Shown in pieces: positions 32,500-42,331 of a DNA stretch of 64,000 nucleotides. The DNA comes from Nitrosopumilus sp. (lineage in GTDB: Archaea; Thermoproteota; Nitrososphaeria; Nitrososphaerales; Nitrosopumilaceae), in assembly GCA_965205675.1 (NCBI GenBank), contig OZ242186.1, positions 736,001 to 800,000 of the forward strand, in the 5' to 3' direction. Made by a program: the position numbers and the translations under genes. Numbering within the stretch: position 1 is the first letter of the stretch; the number at the start of each line of letters is the position of its first letter. The notes under the pieces were generated by a model. It searched no databases. It saw only the letters and a program-made list of their open reading frames with translations, and had not been told where the DNA came from.

Positions 32500-32543
32500 T
32501 ATCTGATATTATTTAGAAACGAAGTTCTTAAACTCATTCTCTA

Positions 32544-32681
32544 GACGTCTTGCGTAATTATTTCTAGGCGTGAATTTTGCTGCAGGATTTTTCAAATTGG
32601 TTGAGAAATTTGAATTTTCAGGTATGAATTCTGTTAAAATACAAAATTTGAGAAAAAATCTCTATAATTACGCAAGAGGTC
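32544..32681. mobile_element. 138-bp MITE, copy 2 (inverted relative to copy 1)
   Basis: Near-exact reverse complement of 19695-19832; no clean TSD. Confidence 0.92.
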
Positions 32682-32736
32682 TTCTGTATTCACCTCGTTA
32701 CTTATCTACATCTAATCCAAATCAATATCACAGAGT

Positions 32737-33855
32737 ATGAAGATAGTACATTTTTCAGACACTCACTTAGGATATTCAGATTATGGCAGATTTGACTCCG
32801 AATCTGGAATCAACAAACGAGAGAATGATGTCTATGGAGTCTTCAAGGAAATAATAGACTACATCATCGAGACAAAACCAGATCTTGTCATTCATGCAGG
32901 TGATTTGTTTGACAGTATACGTCCGTCAAACAGAGCAATTTCTGTTGCACTGGAACAAATATCCAGATTATCAAAAGAACATGTTCCTACCGTTATAATA
33001 GCAGGAAACCATTCTACACCAAGACAAAAATCAACCGATACGATATTCAAAATACTACAATATTTTCCAGATGTCTATCCTGTTTTTGGAGGCAAGTATG
33101 AAAAACTAAAGATTGGAGAATGTGCTATTCATACAATTCCTCATTCTTATTCTGATGAAGACTTGCAAGAGAGTATCAAAAAACTAAAAGTAGACAAATC
33201 TTTCAAGTACAATATAATGGTCGCACATACGGCCATACGCGATGTGGATGAAGCATCATGGGGAGAGTTCAAAGAACAAACAATTCCTGCATCTTCTCTT
33301 AAAAGTGATTTTGATTACATTGCACTAGGACACTATCATAAATTTTTGAAAATTAAAGACAATGCGTATTATTGTAGTTCCCCTGAAAGGCTTAGTTTCA
33401 ACGAAGTCAAAGACAAGAAAGGTTTCGTGGAAGTAACTCTTAGTGATTTTTCAGTTAAACACATTCCTACAAATGCACGTGATATGATAGTATTTGATCC
33501 AATTGACTGTGAAAAACTTAGTGCGTCCGAAGTTCTAGATGAACTGGAAGAGATGGTTTCTGGAAAAGTAGATGGAAAAATTATCAAAGTGATCCTTGAT
33601 AAAATTCCACGTCATGTCCATTCGTCTTTAGACTTGCAAAAAATCAGGCAGATAATGTCTAACGCGTTGCATTACGAGCCGATATACAATTGGAAATTTG
33701 ATGAAAATAGTAATGTTTCATCTTCTCAAATTGGTTCCATCAATGAAGAATTTGAAAATTATTTGCAAAAGATTGAACTTGAATCTGAAGAACTAGAAGA
33801 AATCAAGACATTGGGAAATGAGTATCTTAGTAGAGTGATAGAGGAGGAAGTATAA
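32737..33855 (+). CDS. SbcD/Mre11-family metallophosphoesterase nuclease
   Basis: SDTHLG, AGDLFD, AGNH, AH, ALGHYH, SPER. Confidence 0.93.
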   Translation: MKIVHFSDTHLGYSDYGRFDSESGINKRENDVYGVFKEIIDYIIETKPDLVIHAGDLFDSIRPSNRAISVALEQISRLSKEHVPTVIIAGNHSTPRQKSTDTIFKILQYFPDVYPVFGGKYEKLKIGECAIHTIPHSYSDEDLQESIKKLKVDKSFKYNIMVAHTAIRDVDEASWGEFKEQTIPASSLKSDFDYIALGHYHKFLKIKDNAYYCSSPERLSFNEVKDKKGFVEVTLSDFSVKHIPTNARDMIVFDPIDCEKLSASEVLDELEEMVSGKVDGKIIKVILDKIPRHVHSSLDLQKIRQIMSNALHYEPIYNWKFDENSNVSSSQIGSINEEFENYLQKIELESEELEEIKTLGNEYLSRVIEEEV

Positions 33856-36281
33856 TGTTTCTGAAAAATATTCAACTCAAAAATTACAGGAGGTATCAAG
33901 ATGCAAATATTGAATTTCCAACAGGCCTGATAGGCATAGTAGGCAGGAATGGTTCTGGAAAATCCTCTCTAATCGAGGCGGTTGGATGGTGTCTATATGG
34001 GAACAATGCGTCTAGAACAAAAAAAGACCAAATAAAGACAACTGGAATTCCAGATACTGAAAATTGCAGTGTCACACTTGAGATGATGCTTGGGTCTGAC
34101 ACTGTAAAAATCATCCGAGAGTTAAAAGGCAAAAATAATTCTGGACATGCTAGTGTCTTTGTCAATGGAAATACAAATGCAGAAGTCAGAGGAATGAATG
34201 AGGTTTCTGAGTTCATAGCAAAAAGAACCGGGATGGATCATGTTGCATTTTTTACTTCTGTTTTTGCAAAACAAAAAGAACTTGACTCTCTGTCAAATCT
34301 ACAATCCGGTGAAAGAAAGAAAACCATAATGAAACTTCTGAGAATTAACAAAATAGATGATGCGATAAGTGCAATACGAAATGATGTAAGAATTAGCAAA
34401 GACAAAATTTCATCTTTGTCAAGTAACTTAAAAGATATAGATGCTCTTGAAAAAGAATCAAGTAAAATATCTGAAGAGAAAGAAGACATATCAAAACAGA
34501 TCAAAGAACATGACAGTAAAATTAAATCATTGTTGGCAGAAGTAACGAAAAGAAAAATCGAATTTACAGTGCATGAAAAAAAATATCGGAACTATAACAA
34601 AGTAAGCAAAGAACTTGCAAAAATTATAGGGGAGAAAAAATCCAAGGTATCTGAGAAAGAAACGATAGGATCAGATCTAGAATGTGCAAACCTTTCTAAA
34701 AAAAGAATGAACCAGATTGCTCCAAAAATAAAAAAATATGAAACAGTGAAAAAAGAAAAGAATGAACTTGATTCATTATTTGGGAAATTCAAAGAAAAGG
34801 AAGGATTAGAACAACAACATGCCGCAATTTCTTCTAAGATTAGAAAGCAAGATAGTGTCAATAAAAAAATTGAAAAAAACCTTGTTAAATTAAAAGGACT
34901 TGATCAAGACCTCAAAAAACAGGATAAAGAGTTAGAAAAACAGGAAACAAGAAAAGAAAATGTCAACAAGTCGATAAGTGCAATCTCTGCTAAGATGAAG
35001 AGTAATCGGGCACGAAAATCAGAACTAGAAGAGGAATTTTCCGTGATAAATGAACTAGGGAAGGATGGAGAATGTCCTACGTGTAAACGACCTCTAAAAG
35101 ATCATCTTCCTCCCGTTTCTAAGTATTTTGACCAAGAAATATCTAAGATTTCAGATACAATCAGTATTGATTCTGGAGAAAAGAAAAAACTTGATTCAGA
35201 ACTTAAATCCGTTAAAAAGAAAATTGAAGAACTTGATGAGAATATTGGAAAACTTGAAGGCATGAAAACTGAGAGGACCTCTATGCAAACTCAGTTAAAA
35301 GAAGGCAAAAAAACAATTGCCACATTGAATCGAAATAAAACAAATTTGGCAAAGAAACTAAAGAAATTCTCTGGTTTGAAATACAATCGTAAGCATCATT
35401 TAACAATGAACAAACAATATGATGAACTATCGAAAATCAAAGACGAGTCAATGAAATTATCTGCTGATGTAAAAAGAATCCCTACATTGTCAAATAGGCA
35501 AAAACAATCTATGTCTTCCATTTCAAAACTAGAGAAAAAAGAAAGAGTAGAAGAAAAAAAATTTGATTCTATCGGATACAATGAATCAAAATATGAAAAG
35601 TCTGAAGAAAGTTTGGATCAAGCAAAAGAAGACCATGCTGAAACTAGAGAAAAATGGATTAAGCTAAAGGGTGAACTTACAAATCTGAACTTACAAATAC
35701 AACAAATCGTAAAAGACATTGAGGAAGAAAAAGAAAAACAAATCATAATTGATAAAGAAAATGAGAAAATAGATTCAAGAAGCAAACTAGAAAAAATAAT
35801 GAATAACTTTAGACTTGATCTTATTTCCAGAATAAGACCAATACTCTCACAGAGATCTTCTGAATTATTTAGAAAAATCACGAAGGGGAAATACCCTTCT
35901 ATGGAACTAAACGAAGATTACAATATACTAATTGAAGATGAAGGGAATAGTTTCACAACTGAAAGATTTTCAGGAGGTGAAGGAGACCTGGCAAATCTTT
36001 GTTTGCGTATTGCAATTTCACAAGAATTGGCAGAACGAGCAGGCGGAATGCAGGCTAATTTCATAGCACTGGATGAGATATTTGGAAGTCAAGATGAAGG
36101 AAGGAAAAACAACATACTGGAGGCACTTTCTGAGCTTTCAAACCAGTTCAAACAGATCCTAATCATTACTCATGTGGAAGACGTGAAGGAGATATTGCCA
36201 TATGTACTAACAGTAAAAGAGAATTCTGACAACACAGTAAAGATAGAAACAGAAGGAATAGCATCTGTTGCAATTACGTAG
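33855..36281 (+). CDS. SbcC/Rad50-family SMC-like ATPase
   Basis: GRNGSGKSS, zinc hook CPTC, FSGGE, LDEIFGSQD, IITH; start overlaps the sbcD stop. Confidence 0.94.
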   Translation: MFLKNIQLKNYRRYQDANIEFPTGLIGIVGRNGSGKSSLIEAVGWCLYGNNASRTKKDQIKTTGIPDTENCSVTLEMMLGSDTVKIIRELKGKNNSGHASVFVNGNTNAEVRGMNEVSEFIAKRTGMDHVAFFTSVFAKQKELDSLSNLQSGERKKTIMKLLRINKIDDAISAIRNDVRISKDKISSLSSNLKDIDALEKESSKISEEKEDISKQIKEHDSKIKSLLAEVTKRKIEFTVHEKKYRNYNKVSKELAKIIGEKKSKVSEKETIGSDLECANLSKKRMNQIAPKIKKYETVKKEKNELDSLFGKFKEKEGLEQQHAAISSKIRKQDSVNKKIEKNLVKLKGLDQDLKKQDKELEKQETRKENVNKSISAISAKMKSNRARKSELEEEFSVINELGKDGECPTCKRPLKDHLPPVSKYFDQEISKISDTISIDSGEKKKLDSELKSVKKKIEELDENIGKLEGMKTERTSMQTQLKEGKKTIATLNRNKTNLAKKLKKFSGLKYNRKHHLTMNKQYDELSKIKDESMKLSADVKRIPTLSNRQKQSMSSISKLEKKERVEEKKFDSIGYNESKYEKSEESLDQAKEDHAETREKWIKLKGELTNLNLQIQQIVKDIEEEKEKQIIIDKENEKIDSRSKLEKIMNNFRLDLISRIRPILSQRSSELFRKITKGKYPSMELNEDYNILIEDEGNSFTTERFSGGEGDLANLCLRIAISQELAERAGGMQANFIALDEIFGSQDEGRKNNILEALSELSNQFKQILIITHVEDVKEILPYVLTVKENSDNTVKIETEGIASVAIT

Positions 36282-36365
36282 AATTTTCTAAAATATGGAA
36301 GAACATATGTTTTGAAATTTGTTTTCATTACAAATGTCTTTTTTTCTTATCTACAATGTCGTAAC

Positions 36366-37175
36366 CTATTTTTTTCCAATAGTGTCCAACACATTTCTTA
36401 GGTCGCTTCCTTTTTTGTAGTTTCCAGAATATGGTCCAACCGTGGTTCTTTTTCCTCGAGCAAGTTGATATCCTTTGTTGACTGGATGTTTTTCTACTAT
36501 TCCAATACAATTTCCGCCATATCCTTTTACAGCAGAAAAGCAGGGAATGTTCCCTGGACTGTCTCCCAAGTAAACCATGTATTCAAAAGGAATACGTCTA
36601 TCTTCATTTTTCATTGAATCATTAACACTAAATGGACACCGTCTAAGTTCTTTTCCGGTAATTCCTTTGTTGATTGCATAAAGGAATTTTGTTTTCTCTG
36701 TGAATGTAACTGTTGATTTTATTCCATTGATTTTTTTAGTTTTTAGATCTTCGTTAAATCTTCCTGCAAAAATATCTGTGAAATGTTTTGATAATACACT
36801 TCTTTTAATCAAATCTTCAAAGCCTGAAGAGATTATGTAAAACTCTATGTTGACACCTGCCTCAACAAAATCTTTGTTTCTATTTATAAGTGAATTTAAT
36901 TGTGGAATGAAATCTGGCACATCATCGTATGGGGCTACTTTCTTCCCTAGTTGAAGATACTAACAAAAAACTTGTTGCTGTATTTGTCCAGATTGCATCA
37001 TTTTGTATATTTCAGTCATCCATGCAATAGGAGGATCCTATCCTTGAGACACCATTTTAGTAATATTTTTCCAAAATTGTTTTACTTTGACACCATTCTG
37101 TTCTAGTAAGAAATTTGTTGTATCTGGCGCAAGTGTCTCATCACAGTCACATATTATCGCAATCGTATTCTGCAT
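36366..37175 (-). pseudogene. HAD-like hydrolase pseudogene
   Basis: MQNTIAIICDCDETLAPD start, IISSG, EKT, YLGDS; internal stop near 37040 and a stop/frameshift near 36960. Confidence 0.8.
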
Positions 37176-37269
37176 TATGTAAACTCAAGAACGGGACATC
37201 ATATTAAAGGAATTTTGATGTTTTACTTTGTGTTGATATTATTATAAGATTGGATTACAAATAATCAAT

Positions 37270-38007
37270 ATGGCTTCTTTCAAGATTGCTGCAATCAAAG
37301 TCTTAAGAAAATCGAAGGAATCACTACACTATAACGAAATCACAAAACAAGCAATAGACCAAAATCTTATCGTGACATCTGGCGCAACTCCTGATGCTAC
37401 TATGAATGCACAAATTACATTAGACATCAAACACAAAAAAGACAAATCTGCTTTTATCCGAATAAAACCCGGCATATTTCAATTAAATCCAAAATATTCT
37501 CAAGAAGAGCAAAAGCAAGAAGAGAAACAAGAAATCATAGAAATTGAAGAAAAAGAAATTGAAACCAAACGTTCTCAATTCATTGGAAAAGCAGGTGAAC
37601 ATCTTGTGGTGAGCAAACTACTCTTCCAAGAGTTCAATGCAAATATTATGAGTGTTGACGATGGAATAGACATCGTTGCCACAAGGAAAGACAGACTATA
37701 CAACATTCAAGTTAAAACTGCAAACGAAAAATATGGAAAGTATGTAGCTGATATCAACATAAACTCATATCAAAAATACAACTCTTCAAACACATTTTAC
37801 ATCTTTGTTCTCAGAGGCAAGGAAGAAAATTTTTTGATTTTGCCTTATGTAGAAGTACAGAAAAGCATTGATCAAAAAAATATTCTAGTTGTTGATCATG
37901 GAAAAAGATACCGAGTCAACTTTACACTGAGGGATGGTAAGATATATCTTGGAAATCTCAAAAACGATGCAACATATTTCAAAAATAATTGGGATTTAAT
38001 TATTTGA
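37270..38007 (+). CDS. HARE-HTH (winged helix) fused to a PD-(D/E)XK nuclease
   Basis: AAIKVL...LHYNEI...GATPDATMNAQI...GIFQL fits HARE-HTH; GKAGEHLV...GIDIVA...IQVKT fits a restriction-like nuclease. Confidence 0.85.
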   Translation: MASFKIAAIKVLRKSKESLHYNEITKQAIDQNLIVTSGATPDATMNAQITLDIKHKKDKSAFIRIKPGIFQLNPKYSQEEQKQEEKQEIIEIEEKEIETKRSQFIGKAGEHLVVSKLLFQEFNANIMSVDDGIDIVATRKDRLYNIQVKTANEKYGKYVADININSYQKYNSSNTFYIFVLRGKEENFLILPYVEVQKSIDQKNILVVDHGKRYRVNFTLRDGKIYLGNLKNDATYFKNNWDLII

Positions 38008-38386
38008 TTTTTACTGCCGATTCTCATTCCTATATTAGTTAAAGATCCTCATTACAATCCATGCAATATAATTGACCATCACAGTTGTCGTGCATTTTCT
38101 TTGGATGTTTGCATTTTGACAGAGGAGGGAGTTGTTTCTTTATTGCTTTTATCCATTCTATATCGTTATCAAGATCTTCAACAACCATTGAAACAATATT
38201 TTTCAAAAATTCATCCCCTGTATTCCAAGGTCATTTTTGTCTAATAGAATCCTTCCTCTTCTCTTTTTTATTTTTAAGTATGAGATTATCAAGTTTGTAT
38301 GTTTTTGATATAGTCAACAATCATAGTTGAAAGTTATGATAAACAAATTGTTGGTAATGTGATAATAAATTCAAATTTACACAACA

Positions 38387-38790
38387 TCAAAGTTTTGGAT
38401 ACTCGTAAATACTAAAATCAATTCCTTCTTCTGATTCAAATCCTACGAGCCTCTTTTCACAATTAATTTCAAAAATCAAATCATCCCTATCATCCTCAAT
38501 TAATCCTAAACCTTTCACTGTTTTGGCACGGTCTATAAAATCTGGAAAAACATCACAGAATATTTTTAACATATTATCAGGTTCTTTGGTTTTTCTGCCT
38601 TCAACATCGGTATCTGAATGGAGATTGAAACAAACATCAAATGAAAGTCGTTTTCCCCCATACATCTTTTTTGAATCTCAGAGACATCGTCTATTTTTAA
38701 CAAAAATATCTTTGATCTTAGATCGCATAATCTTTTCTTCTTCAAAATTTTTTTCAAAACTTTTTTCTAACATATTTGTCTAACTGCCTT
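38387..38790 (-). pseudogene. RusA-like endodeoxyribonuclease remnant
   Basis: KEPDNMLKIFCD...GLIEDD...EK resembles RusA D-x-D-N-x-x-K...D...DD; N-terminus frameshifted. Confidence 0.5.
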
Positions 38791-38870
38791 ATATTGATTG
38801 GAGTTTAATCACGAAAAGTTTACCCTCAACTTTAATATAATTAGCGATTTTTTTTGAAATCAGAAATCTA

Positions 38871-39521
38871 TTGTTAGTAATTTTTGATGTTGAAGGAGTT
38901 TTGTATGATGAAGAATATCTTCCAATTCTTGCCGAAAAACTCAACAAAGAAGATGAAATTTGGGAAATTACAAAACAAGGTATTCAAGGCAAAATAAATT
39001 GGGAAGAAGGCCTTCGAACTAGGGTTGCAGCATTAAAAGGTCTTGATGAAAAAACATGTCAGGAAGTATCTGATGGACTGCCTATAATGACTGGTGCTAA
39101 AGAAGCATGTAAAGCATTAAAAGCTGCTGGTTGGAAACTCATGGCCATTTCTGGTGGTTTTACCTTGATGATGCATAGGTTACAAAAAGAATTAGATCTT
39201 GATTATGTATATTCAAATGAATTGATATTCAAAGACGGCAAACTTGATGGTGTTACAATCAATGTTGACTCTGATAAATCAAAATCTGCAAAAATAAAGA
39301 TTGCAGAGTGGGGTGAGAAGGAAAAAAACATTGTTTGTGTTGTAGATGGTGCCAATGATGTGAAGCTGTTTGATGTTTGCGGATTAGGTATTGCTTATCG
39401 TGCTCAAGACATTGTCAAGGATTTGGCTACTACTACCTTAGAAGAAAAAGATCTTTCAAAAATCCTAGATATTATTAATAAACACTACAAATTAAAATTA
39501 CAACCTGTTCCTTTGGTGTAA
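38871..39521 (+). CDS. serB: phosphoserine phosphatase
   Basis: HAD FDVEG, ISGGF, DGAND. Confidence 0.88.
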   Translation: MLVIFDVEGVLYDEEYLPILAEKLNKEDEIWEITKQGIQGKINWEEGLRTRVAALKGLDEKTCQEVSDGLPIMTGAKEACKALKAAGWKLMAISGGFTLMMHRLQKELDLDYVYSNELIFKDGKLDGVTINVDSDKSKSAKIKIAEWGEKEKNIVCVVDGANDVKLFDVCGLGIAYRAQDIVKDLATTTLEEKDLSKILDIINKHYKLKLQPVPLV

Positions 39522-39555
39522 ACAATTTTTTAGTCCTCTCTTTGAGATACTATGT

Positions 39556-40281
39556 TTGCAAATTATTCCAATCTTTGTTCAAAAAGAGATCGAACCATCT
39601 GACGATCTTTCTGACATTATTTTAAAGTCTGAACAATTGCGTGATGGTGACATAGTAGTAATTGCTCAAAAAATTATCTCTAAACAAGAAGGACGTTTAA
39701 TTGATTTATCTACGGTCGTTCCTTCTTTGTTAGCTGAAGGTATTGGCTCTCAATATCAAAAAGACCCACGTATCATTGAATTGATTTTATCTGAATCAAA
39801 ACGTATTGTTAGAATGACTCGTGGAATTTTAATCGTCGAAACACACCATGGATTTATTTGTGCAAATGCTGGTATAGATGAAAGTAATATTGAAGATGGT
39901 TTTGCAACTTTGTTGCCTGTTGATTCTGACGTTTCTGCCCAACGAATCCGAAATAAAATTTTAGAACAATCTAAAAAAAATATTGCAATTATTATCTCTG
40001 ATACATTTGGACGTCCTTTTAGAATGGGTCAAACTAATCATGCTATTGGAGTCTCTGGACTGAATCCTATCTTAGATTATGAGGGAACTCTTGATTCTTT
40101 TAATAAAATTTTACGCGTTACTGCTATTGCCATCGCTGATGAGATTTCATCTGCATCTGAATTAGTCATGGGAAAATCCCTGAAATGCCCAATTGCAATA
40201 ATTCGTGATTATTCTTTCAAATCCGAAGATCATACTATCTCAGAATTGATTCGTTCTCCTGATGAAGATCTTTTTAGATAA
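39556..40281 (+). CDS. cofE: coenzyme F420:L-glutamate ligase
   Basis: KIISKQEG, CANAGIDESN, SDTFGRPFR, AIADE. Confidence 0.95.
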   Translation: MQIIPIFVQKEIEPSDDLSDIILKSEQLRDGDIVVIAQKIISKQEGRLIDLSTVVPSLLAEGIGSQYQKDPRIIELILSESKRIVRMTRGILIVETHHGFICANAGIDESNIEDGFATLLPVDSDVSAQRIRNKILEQSKKNIAIIISDTFGRPFRMGQTNHAIGVSGLNPILDYEGTLDSFNKILRVTAIAIADEISSASELVMGKSLKCPIAIIRDYSFKSEDHTISELIRSPDEDLFR

Positions 40282-40373
40282 TCTTTTTAAATTCTTTTTT
40301 TATTCCAATAAGACAAGATATAACTCTGTATAGATTTTAATATAACAAATCAATCTTTAGGAGTTGATTACCA

Positions 40374-40610
40374 ATGTCTGAATCTTCTGAAAAGAAATTA
40401 GATGCCACTGGATTGTTTTGTCCAGAGCCTGTATTTCGGACAAAAATTGAAATTGAAAGAATGCAAGTCGGTGACATCATCATAGTATCTGCTGATGATC
40501 CTGCTGCTGAAGACGATATTTCTAGATGGGTTACAAGAAATGGTCATGAATTACTTGATTTATCCAAAGACGGTGACACCATCACATTCAAAATTAAAAA
40601 GGTGAAATAA
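40374..40610 (+). CDS. tusA: TusA/SirA-family sulfur carrier
   Basis: LDATGLFCPEP, DDP. Confidence 0.92.
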   Translation: MSESSEKKLDATGLFCPEPVFRTKIEIERMQVGDIIIVSADDPAAEDDISRWVTRNGHELLDLSKDGDTITFKIKKVK

Positions 40611-40617
40611 CTAAACT

Positions 40618-41610
40618 GTGACTGTTGTTACTGATACAGATGTATTGAATCGTGTAGGTGATACTCCTCTCGTACATTTGGATTCTTTATCTGGTGAACA
40701 TGCTAATTATTTTGCAAAATTGGAAGGTCATAATCCGTTTGGCTCTGTTAAAGATAGGGCAGCATATTGGATGATTAAAGATGGTGAAGAAAAAGGAATT
40801 CTTACAAAAGGAAAAAGTATCATAATTGAACCTACTTCTGGTAACACAGGAATTGCACTGACTGGAATTGCAAATGTTTTAGGTTACAAAGTAGAGATTG
40901 TTATTCCTGAAAAAGCCAGTAATGAAACTAAAGAAATCATTAGAAATCTTGGTGCCAAAGTATTTGAAACTAGTGATGATTTGTGTCCTAAAGTTGGTGC
41001 AGGCACTGATCAAAGTATTGCACTTGCAACATCTATTGCATCTTCTAGACCTGACACATACTATTCTCCTAATCAATATGCAAACGAGGCTAATTTCAAA
41101 GGTCATTATGTTGGAACTGGTCCTGAGATATGGAAACAAACTGAAGGTAAGATTACCCATTTCTTTACTGGTGTTGGTACTGGCGGCACCATTACTGGCA
41201 TAGGTGCTTTTCTTAAAGAAAAAAACCCTCAAGTTAAAATTATCGGATGTCAACCCCAACAAAACCATTTGATTCAAGGTTGGAGAAATTTTGAAGAATC
41301 TGCAAAACCTGATTTATTTTTAAAACGTGAAAATGTGGTGGATGATTGGATTTTTGTTGATAATGATGAAGCCTTCTCTGTTGTAAAAAAAGTGTATGCA
41401 AAAGATAAACTTCTCATCAGCCCTTCGTCTGCTGCTGTTTATGCATGTATGAAAAAACATTCTATTGATGGAGATGCATGTGTAGTTGGAATCTTTGCTG
41501 ATGATGGAAGAAAATTCAAAAGTGTATATGCCACTCAAAACATAATGACTGAAGAAGAATTTGATAATTCTCTTAAAGATGCCAAGCACATGTCTCAATT
41601 AGCTTACTAG
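40618..41610 (+). CDS. cysM: PLP-dependent cysteine synthase family protein
   Basis: KLEGHNPFGSVKDR, TSGNTG, GVGTGGT. Confidence 0.9.
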   Translation: MTVVTDTDVLNRVGDTPLVHLDSLSGEHANYFAKLEGHNPFGSVKDRAAYWMIKDGEEKGILTKGKSIIIEPTSGNTGIALTGIANVLGYKVEIVIPEKASNETKEIIRNLGAKVFETSDDLCPKVGAGTDQSIALATSIASSRPDTYYSPNQYANEANFKGHYVGTGPEIWKQTEGKITHFFTGVGTGGTITGIGAFLKEKNPQVKIIGCQPQQNHLIQGWRNFEESAKPDLFLKRENVVDDWIFVDNDEAFSVVKKVYAKDKLLISPSSAAVYACMKKHSIDGDACVVGIFADDGRKFKSVYATQNIMTEEEFDNSLKDAKHMSQLAY

Positions 41611-42084
41611 TCATTCTAAAATTTTCTTCAAATGTTTATCATAAAATTCTCTAAATAAAGAATTCATATCCATTTCATGTTTTAAACATGAATTACTTTG
41701 TTCTGTAATTTCATTTTTGATTTTTTTACTCCACAGACTGTGTTGTTTGTCTTTAGAATCTATAATTGATGGATTTTCTTTGATTTTCTCTATTGACTCT
41801 AGTAATGATGTACTTAATTGTTGAAATCTACTAATTTGTAATAGAAATCTATTTGACTCCTCTTTGTTTACTGTTCTAATTATTGCATAAACTTGTTTGT
41901 AATATTCTAAACCTTTGTTGTTGTATTTTTTAAAATCTTCCATTCTTTTTTGCCAGTATTCTTTTGTTACTTTTCCTTCAATTTTATAACTGAATTGAAT
42001 TTCTCTTAGATCTATGCCTAATTTTGCTAATTTGTTGCTGTGTTCCTTAACTGATTCTCTCAAATCTTCAAATTCATTATTCAT
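41611..42084 (-). CDS. hypothetical helical protein
   Basis: Clean 157 aa ORF. Confidence 0.75.
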   Translation of the reverse strand: MNNEFEDLRESVKEHSNKLAKLGIDLREIQFSYKIEGKVTKEYWQKRMEDFKKYNNKGLEYYKQVYAIIRTVNKEESNRFLLQISRFQQLSTSLLESIEKIKENPSIIDSKDKQHSLWSKKIKNEITEQSNSCLKHEMDMNSLFREFYDKHLKKILE

Positions 42085-42104
42085 TGCTATTAGTTAGTTT
42101 TATG

Positions 42105-42329
42105 CTATCCCATAAAGAGCTTGGATTTGTTCCATTCCTCCTCTAATTTTTTTGAATATGCTAACACACATTTTTCACAAAATGAATCCCATTCTGTAAT
42201 CCCTAGTTTTTTAAAAAATCTTACTGACCATGTATAACGTGGTTCTTTTCTATACTGAAATTGCTGAATTGTGTAGATCTCTTTTTCATGAAATTTATTC
42301 AAGCATTTTTTACACTGTGCATTTTTCAT
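42105..42329 (-). CDS. small Zn-binding hypothetical protein
   Basis: CKKC and CEKC. Confidence 0.75.
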   Translation of the reverse strand: MKNAQCKKCLNKFHEKEIYTIQQFQYRKEPRYTWSVRFFKKLGITEWDSFCEKCVLAYSKKLEEEWNKSKLFMG

Positions 42330-42331
42330 TG

